A stretch of 63,326 bases of DNA, the filler included, from Catajapyx aquilonaris (taxonomy: Eukaryota): NCBI GenBank assembly GCA_000934665.2. It is 3 parts of 3 records of this genome, joined end to end, with 100 filler letters (N's around TTAATTAATTAA, not from the genome) between each part and the next. Parts side by side here need not be neighbours in the genome. Positions count along the whole stretch, not along the records: positions 21,094 to 42,250 come from JYFJ02006155.1; positions 42,351 to 63,326 come from JYFJ02006156.1; 1 more part is not named here. The stretch is one strand, 5' to 3'. The notes below the pieces were generated by a model that saw only the letters and a list, made by a program, of their open reading frames with translations, had not been told where the DNA came from and made no database searches. The stretch's first letter is position 1; the number at the start of each line of letters is the position of its first letter. The position numbers were made by a program, and so were the translations under genes. Of the stretch, positions 39,477-51,008 are shown in pieces.

Positions 39477-39970
39477 AAGGGTCCCACCCTTTTCATTTGA
39501 AAACGAAAACAGTTACAGATATGAACTTTACTGGGCTTTGAAGCTCTATCGATGTCACTTTTTTGGGGTATAGATATGGACCAAAATTACCGACAAGGGG
39601 CGGGGGAAAAATAGAAACGTCACCCCCCTTCCCCGGCGCGGCTTGAATGCAAACAATGTAATATTTTCGTCCCACTGCTAGTTAATGCTAACTTAGCAGT
39701 ACCAGTGCCAAATATGGTACTTCTAAGTTAGCAGTAACTAGAGTGGGATGAAAATTCGACCGAAACATATATTATACATTATTTTGTCCAACCTTTTCTC
39801 AGATTTAGTGCGGGGAAGGGTGGTGCCGTTTCTTCCCCCCCCCCCCCCCCCCCCCCCCCCCCCNCCCCCCGCCCCCTGTCGGTAATTTTGGTCAATCTCT
39901 ATGCCACACAAAGTGACATCGATAAAGTTGAAGGGCTTTTAATTGCGCGCATTCTTTTTCGAAGACCCTA
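39477..39970. mobile_element. Palindromic Tc1/mariner-type MITE
   Basis: Nested inverted pairs tatcgatgtcacttt...gaccaaaattaccgaca / tgtcggtaattttggtc...aaagtgacatcgata and cccactgctagttaatgctaacttag / ctaagttagcagtaactagagtggg; right end ...gaagaccc|tata mirrors the start of the next element. Confidence 0.55.
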
Positions 39971-40145
39971 TATATTATATATGGTCTTCGAAAAAGAATG
40001 CGCGTAATTAAAAATCCTTCAACTTGAAAACCTGTAGACATATCGAAATGATTTAAGTTTTGAAATGCTAAGAACCATCCAAGGTTTTGGCCTTACCATA
40101 GTTTGTTTCGACGTGAGTTCCATTTGTCGCTCGAAAAATATAAAT

Positions 40146-40743
40146 GGGCATTTCCACGCAAACACATATTGTCCGTTCGTTACGCAGGTTTTGCAGACAT
40201 GTACTAGCGTATTCTATTGTAATAATACACACAGACATTGCATGAAATTGACTAATAATCGGGTTAGTGCACCGCCCTAATTGGGCATCTGGCACGGTAC
40301 CTTTATTTGCTTAAGATGTACAAGCTTTTTTACAAGTGGTCCTTTTCCGTAACGCCCGGGTACCGCGAGCGAAGGGGGAATGAATAGGAGGGGATGTGCA
40401 AAGTGCAAGTGCAATGTCGTTGCTTGGTCATTTTGTGAACTCCCCCGGGTGGCTTAGTCTGTCGGAAATTGCCACCCGAAATGAAGCCAGAGATGGCCCA
40501 ACTCTGCACGGATAAAGGTGGGAACCCCGGGTGGGGATTGAACCCGGGACCTTAATATCGGTGGGCGCGCGCGTTACCGCGGCGCCACTTCATCTCCCTA
40601 ATGAAATTGATTAGTATGCATACTTAATCTATTTCATGCAATGTGTGTGTGTACTGTTACAATAAAATGCATGCAAATAAAATGTCTGCAAAACCTGTGT
40701 AACGAACGGACAATATGCCGTCTGTGTTTGCGTGGAAATGCCC
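40146..40743. mobile_element. MITE with GGGC termini and AAAT 4-bp TSD (Sola-like), nested in the 39980-41292 element
   Basis: ~55-bp TIR gggcatttccacgcaaacac...gttttgcagacat / atgtctgcaaaac...gtgtttgcgtggaaatgccc; AAAT at 40142-40145 and 40744-40747. Removing it restores the DYRIYIFRATNGTHVE reading. Confidence 0.8.
40258..40599 (-). mobile_element. tRNA-derived SINE (family 3), nested in the 40146-40743 MITE
   Basis: Minus strand: A-box TGGCGCCGCGG, B-box GGTTCAATCCC; TSD ATGAAATTGA(C/T)TA(A/G)TA at 40242-40257 and 40601-40616. Confidence 0.8.
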
Positions 40744-41340
40744 AAATACGGTAATCGATGTCGTGCCTAACCCGCCCAGACATGTCTGGCGCTACCTTTG
40801 CAATCTTTTCCTGTAAGTGCTGGAGATGCCTAATCTTTTTATCATGCATGTGTCGTCACAAAAAAGTCAATCGAAGTAATATCTGGGCTCCTGTTGGGGC
40901 TAGGCATCGGGAAACTTCTCATTCAAGACTTCGCACACTGGGACGCCGAACAAATGAAACTTTCCTACGGCAGGTTTGTTTAATGGATGAGGCGACTTTT
41001 TATGCGCATCATCAAGAACTATGTGTGTGGTATAGAGATCCATCATATCCACCACCTACGGGATATGATTGCAACGGTAACTCCAGATATGATTAAGTGG
41101 TTTTCGCACGAGACCGAATACCGCCTTTTAAAATCTGCCCAGCGACAAATAAAACTCATATTGAAACAAACTAAAGTGCGACCAAAATCTTAGACCTTTC
41201 TTAGCATTTCAAGACTTAAATGGCTAACATATGTCTACAAGTCTTCGAGTTATAGGGTTTTAAAATAGGCGCATTCTTTTTCGATGACCCTGTATTTTTT
41301 CCAACGCCCCTGTATATCACAGGCTGATAGATACGATATA

Positions 41341-41634
41341 CAGGGTGATCAAACTTTTTTGTCGTTTTAATTATTGACAAATTCGGCCTAAGCTGCTTAT
41401 ATTGTAGTGCGTTACCTGGCAACTACGTCCGATGGGCCAATTCAAACACGAGCATGTGGAGAGTGCTTCCATTGTTGCCACTGTTTGCCAACAGTGGCAA
41501 CAATGGAAGCACTCTCCATATGCAGATGTTTGAATTGGCCCGTCGGACGGAGTTGCCAGGTAACGCACTACAATATAAGCAGCTTAGGCCGAATTTGTCA
41601 ATAATTAAAACGACAAAAAAGTTTGATCACCCTG
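41341..41634. mobile_element. Near-perfect hairpin MITE (Tc1/mariner-type)
   Basis: TA|CAGGGTGATCAAAC...GTTTGATCACCCTG|TA; the whole 294 bp is one inverted repeat with a ~4-nt centre near 41486-41489. Confidence 0.92.
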
Positions 41635-42250
41635 TATAGATATTAAGGTCAGAGACTCTGAATTAGTGCGGATCATGCTTATTCGGTCTTCATTATAGCA
41701 TTAACGGGGAAAATAAAGCAAATATTTACTTTCTCTGCAATCCTCTTGGTCATGTAACCTCAGCCCAGATCCAGCAGAGGTGATGATTATATTTTTAAAG
41801 AAATCTCACAAGAAACATACCTCGGGTGATAATGACTGATCCTGATGAAACTGAACATGCTAACTCAGGACAATATATGATAGACAAAAACGAAATATCT
41901 CGGGCTGAAATCCATATTTGCAAAATTTACGACGTGTTAAAGAGACAAAAATGGTATATTTCCATGCACAATGGGATTACGTTATATAGTGACCACATAT
42001 AATGACATTGAAGTTTGTAATCAGTTTTATTGTACCAAATACACATTATTTAACTTTCATACAATTAATTAACACATGTGCAATTCACTTTTTAATGCAT
42101 GGTTGATACAGAAACAAAATATTGCAATGTGCACAACAAAAGGAGAACCATATCATCATAATGGGGAACTAGCCTTGGTCTGGGATTTGGGATTTTTGTT
42201 CATAACTAGCTAGCCCATGCCCGTAAACATACATTCCATCACTCTGTTGC

Positions 42251-42350
42251 NNNNNNNNNNNNNNNNNNNNNNNNNNNNNNNNNNNNNNNNNNNNTTAATT
42301 AATTAANNNNNNNNNNNNNNNNNNNNNNNNNNNNNNNNNNNNNNNNNNNN
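42251..42350. other. Assembly gap / artificial contig spacer
   Basis: 100-nt N block with a central TTAATTAATTAA. Confidence 0.97.
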
Positions 42351-42698
42351 TTCACGTGGAATTGCCCCTATGTAAACACTAGCAGCGGAGCCCGTTCTTC
42401 GCACGGCCTGTTTACATGGTAATCACACCAACAAAATCCCGTTGCCATGGGCAACCCTGAAAATACCCCCAAATGTTGCCCAGAATGCGAAAAAATAATT
42501 TAAAAAACGGTTTTGACACAAAAGTTCATAATACTTTCAATAAGCCACCGTTCTACTAGTGAAACTATTTCAATGATAAATTAATACATCAAAAGTGTGG
42601 GTATTTCCTAATCATCCTCCAGGCCTGGGTGTTTGATTTGGATTGATTTTGTGTGAATTTAGTGTAAAATTATCATGCTCTTTCAGCAGACCACTTAC

Positions 42699-43094
42699 CC
42701 CACTAGTCCTTCCTGAACCAACTCCCAAAGGGTCATCCTCATCCTCAACCACCTTGGGCATGTCCACCACCATCTCCTCCTCTGCCTCTTCCTTCTTGAC
42801 CTCACAAAGGGTGTCTTCCATGAGCGTAGTAGACTCAATGTCCAACCATGGTGGTGCTTCCTCCTTCACCCGCAGCCTCCAACTCTCCTCGTCCACTGTG
42901 ATGTCCTCCTTATCTTCCTCCTCCTCCTCCTCCTTGATCTCGAGGAGAGTGTCTTCCACGAGCGTAGAATCACTGTCCAACCATGGCGGTGGTGCTTCCT
43001 CCTCCGTCACCCTTAGCCTCCAACTCTCCTCATCCACTGTGATGTCCTCCTCCTTCACTTCCCCTTCCTTCTTTATCCTCAAGATCAACGACAT
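42699..43094 (-). CDS. ZNF-A: acidic N-terminal exon of a C2H2 zinc-finger gene; finger exon not in this contig
   Basis: ttgcag|ggccATG start, 132 codons MSLILRIKKE...VVEDEDDPLGVGSGRTSG, donor GGG|gtaagt (phase 0). Paralogous to the first coding exons of ZNF-B to F. The intron runs into the gap. Confidence 0.75.
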
Positions 43095-43373
43095 GGCCCT
43101 GCAAACACAAGAAGTCTCTCAGAAGTGTGGGCAAAGGGAATCGAATCAGACGAGTCCATCCCCACCAGTCCACTCACCCTCCTCCTCCTTCTTCTTCTTC
43201 CCTCCACACCAGTCCTCCCGACTTCTCAATTGATGTGTGGACGAGAGGGGAAGGGGGAAGCGTCCCTCACCCTCCTTATCCTGGTTCCAATCGAACCCAA
43301 TCCAGGGACTTGTGAGACGGGTTCAAACGGAGTTCCACTCACCCGAATAAGAAGAGAGAGAATCAAGGCAAGT

Positions 43374-43480
43374 CGGCCATCTTTGATTTAGGGTGCATTC
43401 CCATCGCCACCCTAGAGAAAAAAATTAATAAATAAAGGACGTGCTTAAACGCTACTTCCTCCTCACCAGTCGCCGCTACT
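43374..43480 (-). promoter_or_regulatory. ZNF promoter cassette, copy A
   Basis: Plus-strand order CGGCCATCTTTGATTT, AGGGTGCATTCC, CTTAAACGCTA, CAGTCGCCGCTACT; likely non-coding exon donor near 43341. Confidence 0.6.
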
Positions 43481-43865
43481 ATCACTGGGGCTGCTATGCG
43501 CTAACAGACATGTTAATTCCGTCATTCAATACACTTCTAATTTACAACAGGTTCGCCTCCCACTTTTGTCACAGAGAAGTCAGGCGAGTTGGTGCACGAT
43601 ACAATTACGTCCCGGGTATGAAAAGATGAGTCACCCATAGCCACATCCCCAACGGTTATTGCCCTCAAGGTCCATTCATTATCATCATGGCCAAATATAG
43701 TGCGTCGCTAGAACAACTGACCCTATGGCCTGCACTAGTTTCAGCCAATTTCATGGTTTTCCCACAAGGACCCCACCATGTCCTTTCACAACCAGGATGT
43801 ATCTCTCCTGTATAAATTTGCATCTGACTTTTCAAATATTTGGCATGGTTTTTGTGCACCGCAGG

Positions 43866-43997
43866 CCAACGAACGTTACTGTGGCTTTGCCAAGAGTGAA
43901 GTTTACCTTCACACAGTCAGTCTGTTAAACCAATGAACGTTACTGTGGCTTTGCCAAGAGCAACGTTTACCTTCACACAGTCTGGTAAACCAACGAA
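43866..43997. repeat. ~64-bp tandem duplication
   Basis: ccaa(c/t)gaacgttactgtggctttgccaagag...gtttaccttcacacagtc twice plus the start of a third unit. Confidence 0.85.
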
Positions 43998-44377
43998 CAA
44001 CATGACGTCACGACCGGCCGCCGCCCCTCCAGTCATGTCCACTTCCTTGGGAACCGGAAATGAGACGGACAACATTCCATATACGTACTTTATGGTTTTC
44101 CATCTTTCACACCTTACCTTCCCAGTGTCCCTGAAACAAATGATGTGAATATGATAAACAATACAAGTGTAACCAACCTTCAAAATTTATTGAACTTCCT
44201 GAATTACTACTATGCATTAAAGTGAATTAATTTATTGAATATATTGATCCTGTTCTCCCACTTTTTATCTATAAATGCCCTAAAGACCTAAGCCAACATT
44301 AGGTAAATTCACATGAGATCTTCACTTATTACAATTTGTTTTCGGCACAGCTCAAATACAAATATAAATGGTTTCTC

Positions 44378-47094
44378 TCATGTATGAATTCGCTTGTGAG
44401 ATTTCAAATGATATAAATTCCGAAACTTTTCTTGGCACACCTCACAAGTGTATGGCGTTTCTCCTGTATGAATTCGCATATGAGTTTTCAAATCACTTGG
44501 ACGGCTAAAGTTTTTCTGACACACCTCGCAAGTGAATGGTTTTTCACCAGTATGAATTCGCATGTGCTCTTTCAAAGCACTTCGATTTCTAAATTTTATC
44601 TGGCAGACCTCACAGGAAAATGGTTTCTCTCCTGTATGAATTCGCATGTGCGATTTCAACTGACCTGACTCATTACATTTTTTCTGGCACACCTCGCAAG
44701 TAAATGGTTTTTCTCCTGTATGAATTCGCAAGTGAGTTTTCAAATCATGGGAATGACGGAACATTTTCTGGCACACCTCACAAGTGAATGGTTTTTCTCC
44801 TGTATGAATTAGCATATGCGCTTTCAACACATTTGACGCAATAAATTTTTTCTGGCACACCTCACAGGCATGTGGCTTCTCACCGGTATGAATTCGCATG
44901 TGACTTTTCAAACCATATGAATCACGAAACCTTTTCTGGCACACTTCACAATGAAATGGTCTTTCTCCTGTATGAATGTGCATGTGAGTTTTCAACTTAC
45001 TTGAACGACGAAATTTTTTCTGGCACACTTCACAAGTAAATGCTCTCTCTACTGTATGAATGCGATTGTGATACGGTATCTGAGTTGAATCCGAAAGTTT
45101 TGTCTGGCAGAAATTTTCCCCCCCGCGAACCCCCACGAGAGCATCCATATCATGCAGGCTTCCAAATTCTCTCCCGCATAATGTTCCCTCAAATGAACTT
45201 ATTCCATCACATATTCCCCTGGTCCTTTCCTCTTGGTTCCCCTTCTCCTCTGCTCCGCCTTCAGTTCCCACAACCTGCAATGTGAATTCCAGTAAGTAAA
45301 TTTCAAATTTAAAGTGTGCATTGCGTGATGCTTTCCACCTGCTTTGGTCAGTTGGAAGACATCCCTCATTATAAAGCACTGATTCCCAAAATGTGGATTG
45401 CACATATAATATTTGGGTAGCAAGGGAGGATAACAAATTATTTTACCCAAATGATCCTCTCTCTCTGGAAAAGTATCCCAGTAAAACAGTAAATTTATTA
45501 CACTATTTAACATGGTTTTCCCACTATTTCCGTGTAGTGTACCTCCTCACCACAACTCCTGTCACTAAATGAATCAATTGTTACGAAAATGACCTAAGTC
45601 CCCTCTTTGTCATTTTTGCGTCAACGCCACCATGTTGCTTCTTAAATTCAATTGCTTCTTAAATTTCAACACGTGTTGTGAATGAAAAGGTCATCACTCA
45701 GATGCCTCTGCATACATTAAATTTAGTATATGGTGCAAGGAATTAACCTGATTCTATCACAGAGTAGCACATAATTATGCATTGTTCCCTCCAAGGTATT
45801 CATGTCTCACTGGAGAGTGCACAATGTGAGATTGTTTTATGACAACCAATACAAAATTTCCTCATGTGAAAGTGAGTACATCCCCCAAGAACACATGGCA
45901 ACATTAACCCTGGAACCGTTCCGAGCCTGAAAGTCACGGGAACCGTGCCGTGGGGTCTTTTAGGACCACACGCCTTATTTTAATTTTTATTAATTTTTAT
46001 ATAATACTCGTACCTTCAATGTATTGACTACATACAATCATTCTTTGATCTATGCCTAAAATGATCGCTAATTAAAAATAAACATGCACTTCCTGTTATA
46101 AACTTTTTTTAAAATGGCAAACATTGTAATTGTAATTTTAATGCATTTTAATTCCTTTGGGGTCCGAAAAAACCCCACGGCACAGTTCCAGGGTTAATGA
46201 GATGGGCAACAACTACAGCTGAAAGTTACGAAACATAAAATCATGGCATTTTAAATTGCGTAACAATCCTCTTAATTCGCGAACCATTTCTGAAATGTCT
46301 TAACCCTGTAATGCCCCCCGGGTCATATCTGGCACACCATTTAGTGCAATTTGGCACTTACAGGAAATATAAAAATGGCAAAAGTTGCAAAAATTGCACG
46401 AAATGGTGTGCCAGATATGACCCAGTGGGCATTACTTAGATTAGTGGGCATTACAGGGTTAAAGGAACTCAAGAGAAAATTCACATTAAATGCTGTCAAG
46501 AACTGTATAGGGCTCCATCCTGTGTGACTTTCGTCCAATGTTATATTGCATTTTGAGCATATTTATTTATTTATTTATTTATTTTACCCCATTGGGAGAA
46601 TCGGCACTCCATTAGGGGGGTGGAGTACCACCATTGGATGGGGCCAAGGATAGGGAAGGAAGGAAGCGGCTGCGGCCTATTATACGGAAGCGACCCCGGA
46701 ATTATCCTAGAAAGACCGTGGAAAACCACAGAAAACCACGGTCAGGGTTGCCGGCCCCGGGATTCGAACCCAGGACCTCCCGATTAGCAGTCGGGCTCCT
46801 TAACCACCACACCAACCTGCTTCGGTGCATTTTGAGGCATATACGTACCCCACTAATCAATCCTGAACCTCCTGCCAAAGGGTCGTCTTCATCTTCAACC
46901 ACCCTAGGCATGTCCACCACCATCTCCTCCTCCTCCGCTTCCTCCTTCTTGATCTCACGAAGCGTGTCTTCTGGGAGCGTAGAGTCCTCATCAAAGCAGG
47001 ACGGGGTCTCCTCCTTCACGTAAATCGGCCAGGTCTCTTCCGTTGTGTTGTCCTCCTGCGCCTCTTCCTTATTTATCCGCACTACCTGTGACAT
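44378..47094 (-). CDS. ZNF-B: C2H2 zinc-finger protein (~380 aa; 8 intact fingers plus 2 degenerate)
   Basis: Exons 46849-47094 (acidic, MSQVVRINKEE...DDPLAGGSGLISG) and 44378-45274 (ttgcag|GTT, CxxC-x12-HxxxH repeats with TGEKP linkers); phase-0 GT-AG intron. Confidence 0.88.
45908..46193. mobile_element. piggyBac-type MITE in ZNF-B intron
   Basis: TTAA|CCCTGGAAC...GTTCCAGGG|TTAA with subterminal gtgccgtgggg / ccccacggcac. Confidence 0.8.
46304..46458. mobile_element. piggyBac-type MITE (155 bp), copy 1
   Basis: TTAA|CCCTGTAATGCC...GGCATTACAGGG|TTAA; near-identical copy at 60304-60461. Confidence 0.88.
46563..46825 (-). mobile_element. tRNA-derived SINE (family 1), internally deleted copy
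   Basis: Minus strand: A-box TGGTGTGGTGG, B-box GGTTCGAATCC, (AAAT)n tail; TSD TGCATTTTGA(G)GCATAT at 46547-46562 and 46826-46842; homologous to 50595-51008. Confidence 0.88.
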
Positions 47095-47348
47095 GGTCCT
47101 GCAACACAAAAGTGTGTCATGATATCATCGTACAAGTGTGAGCAAAGAGGAACATAAATCAGAAAGTGAGGCTCATCCCCACCATAAAAGAACCTGTTTT
47201 GGTTGACGTTAATGATGCCTCTTGGTGCTGTCCAACCGTGTCTTCAGGTAGTACATGGGCCACGTCCAACTGTCTGGGGTCCCCTGGTGTGAAACGAGTT
47301 CGATCAACTCTTAAAGACGCTTCAAGAGAATCGGAACACTCTTGTTCA

Positions 47349-47477
47349 GGCGGCCATCTTTGATTTCTCTTTTTTCTTTCTTTTTTTTATGCAAATTAGG
47401 GTGCGTTCCTACCCTCGCACCAGGGTGGAAGGACGGGCTTATGCGCTATTGCTCCACTTCAATAAATCGCCGTTACT
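47349..47477 (-). promoter_or_regulatory. ZNF promoter cassette, copy B
   Basis: GGCGGCCATCTTTGATTT, T-tract, ATGCAAAT (47389), TAGGGTGCGTTCC, CTTATGCGCTA (47438), TCGCCGTTACT. Confidence 0.65.
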
Positions 47478-47758
47478 GATGGAGAGCTGCTACTCCTGCT
47501 ATCCCAGGAAATCAGTTATATTTCTCTTGCAAAACTCAGGAAAATATTGATGTTAATGCAGTAGGTTACTGCATGGTACTTGGTAATATTAGAGCAATTA
47601 TTCATTTGCAACCGAAGGATACCGTACGCCTGATCAAGAGCAGGGAAGAAGCTGTAATGCGTACAAGTCAAGATTCCCCAGTGATTTAATATACCCAAAA
47701 GTACAATCGGCATTATGATACATGTTTTTGGCATACCTCAAACAAAACATTGGTTTTG

Positions 47759-49664
47759 TCACTTATGAATTTGCATGTGCTTCTTCAAATCGCTTGAGTA
47801 GCGATATTTTTTCAGGCACAGCTCACAAGTGAAAGGTTTCTCTCCCATATGAATTCGCATGTGAACTTTCAAATTACTTGAGTAACGAAATGTTTTCTGG
47901 CAGACCTCACAAGTAAATGGTATCTCAACTGTATGAATTTGCATGTGAGTTTTCAACTGATATGAATCGCAATACTTTTTCTGGCACACCCCACAAATGA
48001 ATGGCTTGTCTCCTGTGTGAGTTCGCACATGCTTTTTCAGATTGTACGAATCACGAAATTTTTTCTGGCACACCTCACAACTAAACGGTTTGTCTCCTGT
48101 ATGAATTTTTATGTGAGCTTTCAAAGTACTTGATTCACGAAATGTTTTCTGGCACACTGCACAAGTGTATGGCCTCTCTCCTGTATGAATTCGCATATGA
48201 GATTTCAAATTACCTGAATCAGCATATTTTTTCTGACACACATCACAAGTGAATGGTGTCTCCCCTGAATGAGTTCGCATGTGACTTTTCAAATTTCCTG
48301 ACTCACGAAATGTTTTCTGGCACACTTCACACGTGAATGGTTTTTCTCCTGTATGAATTCGCATGTGACTTTTCAAATTACCCGATTCCCGAAATTTTTT
48401 CTGGCACACCTCACAAGTCAGTGGCTTTTCTCCTGTATGAATTAGCATGTGTCTCTTCAATGTACTTGCATCAAAGAATTTTTTCTGACACACTTCACAA
48501 ATAAATGGTGTCTCTCCTGTATGGATGTTCATGTGAGTTTTCAAGGTACCAGATTCGCGAAATTTCTTCTGGCAGACCTCACAAGTAAATGGTTTTTCTC
48601 CCGTGTGAATTCGCATGTGAGTTTTCAAATGACTGGAATCGCCAACTTTTTTTTTGCACACCTCACACGTGAATGGCTTTTCTCCTGTGTGACTTCGTAA
48701 ATGAATTTTCAAGTTACCTGAATCACGATATGTTTTCTGACAGATATGGCACCTATTTTTTTCACTATAAGTTATGAGGTGAATTTTCAAATCATCCAGG
48801 GTACCAAATATTATCTGGCATACTCTGCATTCCAATGGATATTTTCCATCACATGTTCTCCTGTCACTTTCCTCTTGGATCCCATTCTCTTCTACTCTGA
48901 CTTCAGGTCTCTCTTGCATGACCTGAAATGAGAATTACAGAACATCACATATTTAGCAGACTTCGGTGAGTGCTGAGACCAACAATACGATACTGTACTG
49001 TACTGTTTATCTGCAGACCTCGCCACAAGGCACCATGAAAGACAAAAAAGGGCATTTATGGTCACGTGTTTGGACTCAGAAGTGTGGCAGTGACGTGTTT
49101 ATGATCACATTTTGTTGTTAATGTAAAATTTTTCACCATTTTTAAATTAAACATTTTAAAACGTAATTTTCATCCCGACGTAAAATGAAGCAGCGTAAAA
49201 CGATGTAGGTACTGTATTTGATAAAATAGTCAAACTACATGAGGATGTTTGAAGGGGAACCATTTACATTGTCAAGTGATTGATTAAATAGAGCAGGGTT
49301 GTGGCGGAGATTCCCAAAACATCATCCAAGTCTGGGTGTTTTACTTGGATTGATAATTTGGTGTATAATTATACTGCAATTGCAGTAGATGACATACCCC
49401 ACTAGTCCTTCCAGAACCTCCTGCTAAAGGGTCGTCTTCATCTACAACCATGCTGGATGTGGCCACCATCATCTCTTCTTCCTCCTCCTCCACTGGCTCC
49501 TCCTTCTTGACCTCACAAAGTGTGTCTTCTATGAGAGCAGAGTCCCCATCGAAGCAAGTTGGGGTCTCTTCCTTCAAGGGAATCTGCCAGGTCTCCTCCG
49601 TTGTGATGTCCTCATTTTCTTCTTCCTCCACAGCTTCCTTCTTTATCTCCACTTCCAGTGACAT
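47759..49664 (-). CDS. ZNF-C: C2H2 zinc-finger protein (~476 aa; 12 intact fingers plus 1 degenerate)
   Basis: Exons 49398-49664 (MSLEVEIKKE...DDPLAGGSGRTSG) and 47759-48922 (tttcag|GTC ATG CAA); phase-0 intron; open finger array. Confidence 0.9.
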
Positions 49665-49813
49665 AGTCCTGCAACACAAAACTGCAGGTCATGTAATCAC
49701 ATCAAAGAGTATCCCAATCATGGCAGTTGCTGAGAAAGAACATTTCTCTGAGGTGTGGACACAGGGAATTATGAAATAAAGCAAAAATAGTTAATCATAT
49801 CACCCATGTAATA

Positions 49814-50521
49814 CTGTATTACCTCACTTAAAACGGCATGCCGGTATAAAATGAGGTTGACCAGCATGCCGGTATAACCCGGGGGTGGCCGGCATGCCGC
49901 AATACCTGAGGTAGATTTCCTTAACTTTGATCCTTGTCTTAATTTCTTGGAATGTATCTGGTACTGTACTAAAATAATGTTACAGTAAAAAATGTGCGAG
50001 TACAGGCCTACAAGGCTATGAGACTATGGAAGTTCATCTGTTGCACAGGGCATAGAGTGTGACCAATCCCGCATATTCGCAGATATTGTTGACAATCAGA
50101 GGATCTCTTTATGTAGTGGTATCAATTTGTCTGAGAAGCCTCGTTACTCAGATAATAAAATCCAATCCTTATGTATGACATATAATGGTATTATCATTAT
50201 ACTGTACTTCTCTTCTTGTAGCCTTGCACTTTTAATTGAAAATGTTGCCATGAGAGAACTTAACGAACGATCTTCTGCGAATATGTCAGGCAATAGAAGT
50301 GTCCTGGGCTGTATATGCACCGCAGAAAATGGTGAAACGCATTCATTTGGGTAGTAATAATTTTCAGAGAGATCGTGATAATGCTGTGCTTAAGAAAACC
50401 TCGCCTTATACCGGGATACCTCGTATAGACTAGCATTGCGGTATAACCACCAGATCGTGCATTTCTAGAACCTGGTCGACCTCGACTACACCGGCATGCT
50501 GCTGTAAGTGAGGTAATACAG
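49814..50521. mobile_element. TA-flanked MITE (Tc1/mariner-pogo type, 708 bp) in ZNF-C 5' intron
   Basis: TA|CTGTATTACCTCACTTA..GCATGCCGGT...GACCAG and CTGGTC...ACCGGCATGC..TAAGTGAGGTAATACAG|TA (~50-bp TIR); absent from the paralogous ZNF-D intron. Confidence 0.85.
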
Positions 50522-50594
50522 TACTTGTTACACTGTACTCCCGATTATCGGTGCTAACGAATGCACCATCATGCCCGGAATAACTGGAAAATAC

Positions 50595-51008
50595 CGAAGC
50601 AGTAGTGGTGTAGTGGATATGGTGTCCGACGGCTAATCGGGAGGTCCTGGGTTCGAATCCCGGAGGCCGGCGACTCTGATAATGGTTTTCTGGGGTTTCC
50701 CAAGGTCGCCCCAGGAATAATTTCCGGGATCGTAGCGTAAAATAGGCCACAGCAGCTTCCTTCCCTGTCCTGGAGGAGGTGCGGGTCAGTGGGGATTTTT
50801 GACTCGCATCTAGGGGATCATCTTGGCGAACGGGCCCCCTGAGGGCCTGCACATGACACCCAACCTGAGACATTGCACATGCACCAGTGTCCCACCCTGT
50901 CTATCCCTACCCTGTCCCTGCACGATAGTGGTAATCCACTCCCATAAGAGAGCCCATGGCTCTAGCACGGGGTATATCTTAAAAAAATAATAATTTAAAA
51001 AAAAAAAG
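50595..51008 (+). mobile_element. Full-length tRNA-derived SINE (family 1)
   Basis: A-box TGGTGTAGTGG, B-box GGTTCGAATCC, A-rich tail; TSD ATAACTGGA(A/T)AA at 50580 and 51009; empty site in the ZNF-D intron (~54230-54250). Confidence 0.88.

Larger units (their letters stand above)
39980..41292. mobile_element. Non-autonomous Tc1/mariner (DD37D/DD41D-like) derivative with inverted transposase C-terminal remnants
   Basis: ~115-bp imperfect TIRs (ggtcttcgaaaaagaatgcgc...gaaatgctaagaa / ttcttagcatttc...gcgcattcttttttcgatgaccctg|TA). Remnants KIRHLQHLQEKIAKVAPDM..V..DIDYRI+YIFRATNGTHVE (minus) and IKNYVC...HLRDMIATVTPDM...ETEYRL (plus) match the ATVTPDML...YRLD.CRATNG.H.E tail of these transposases. 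Confidence 0.75.

Noticed and set aside
50598..50670. tRNA-like sequences (also ~46750-46825, ~39240-39309, ~40530-40598, ~53250-53310)
   Set aside because: A/B boxes without a convincing cloverleaf, mostly followed by SINE bodies, tails and TSDs; called SINE heads rather than tRNA genes.
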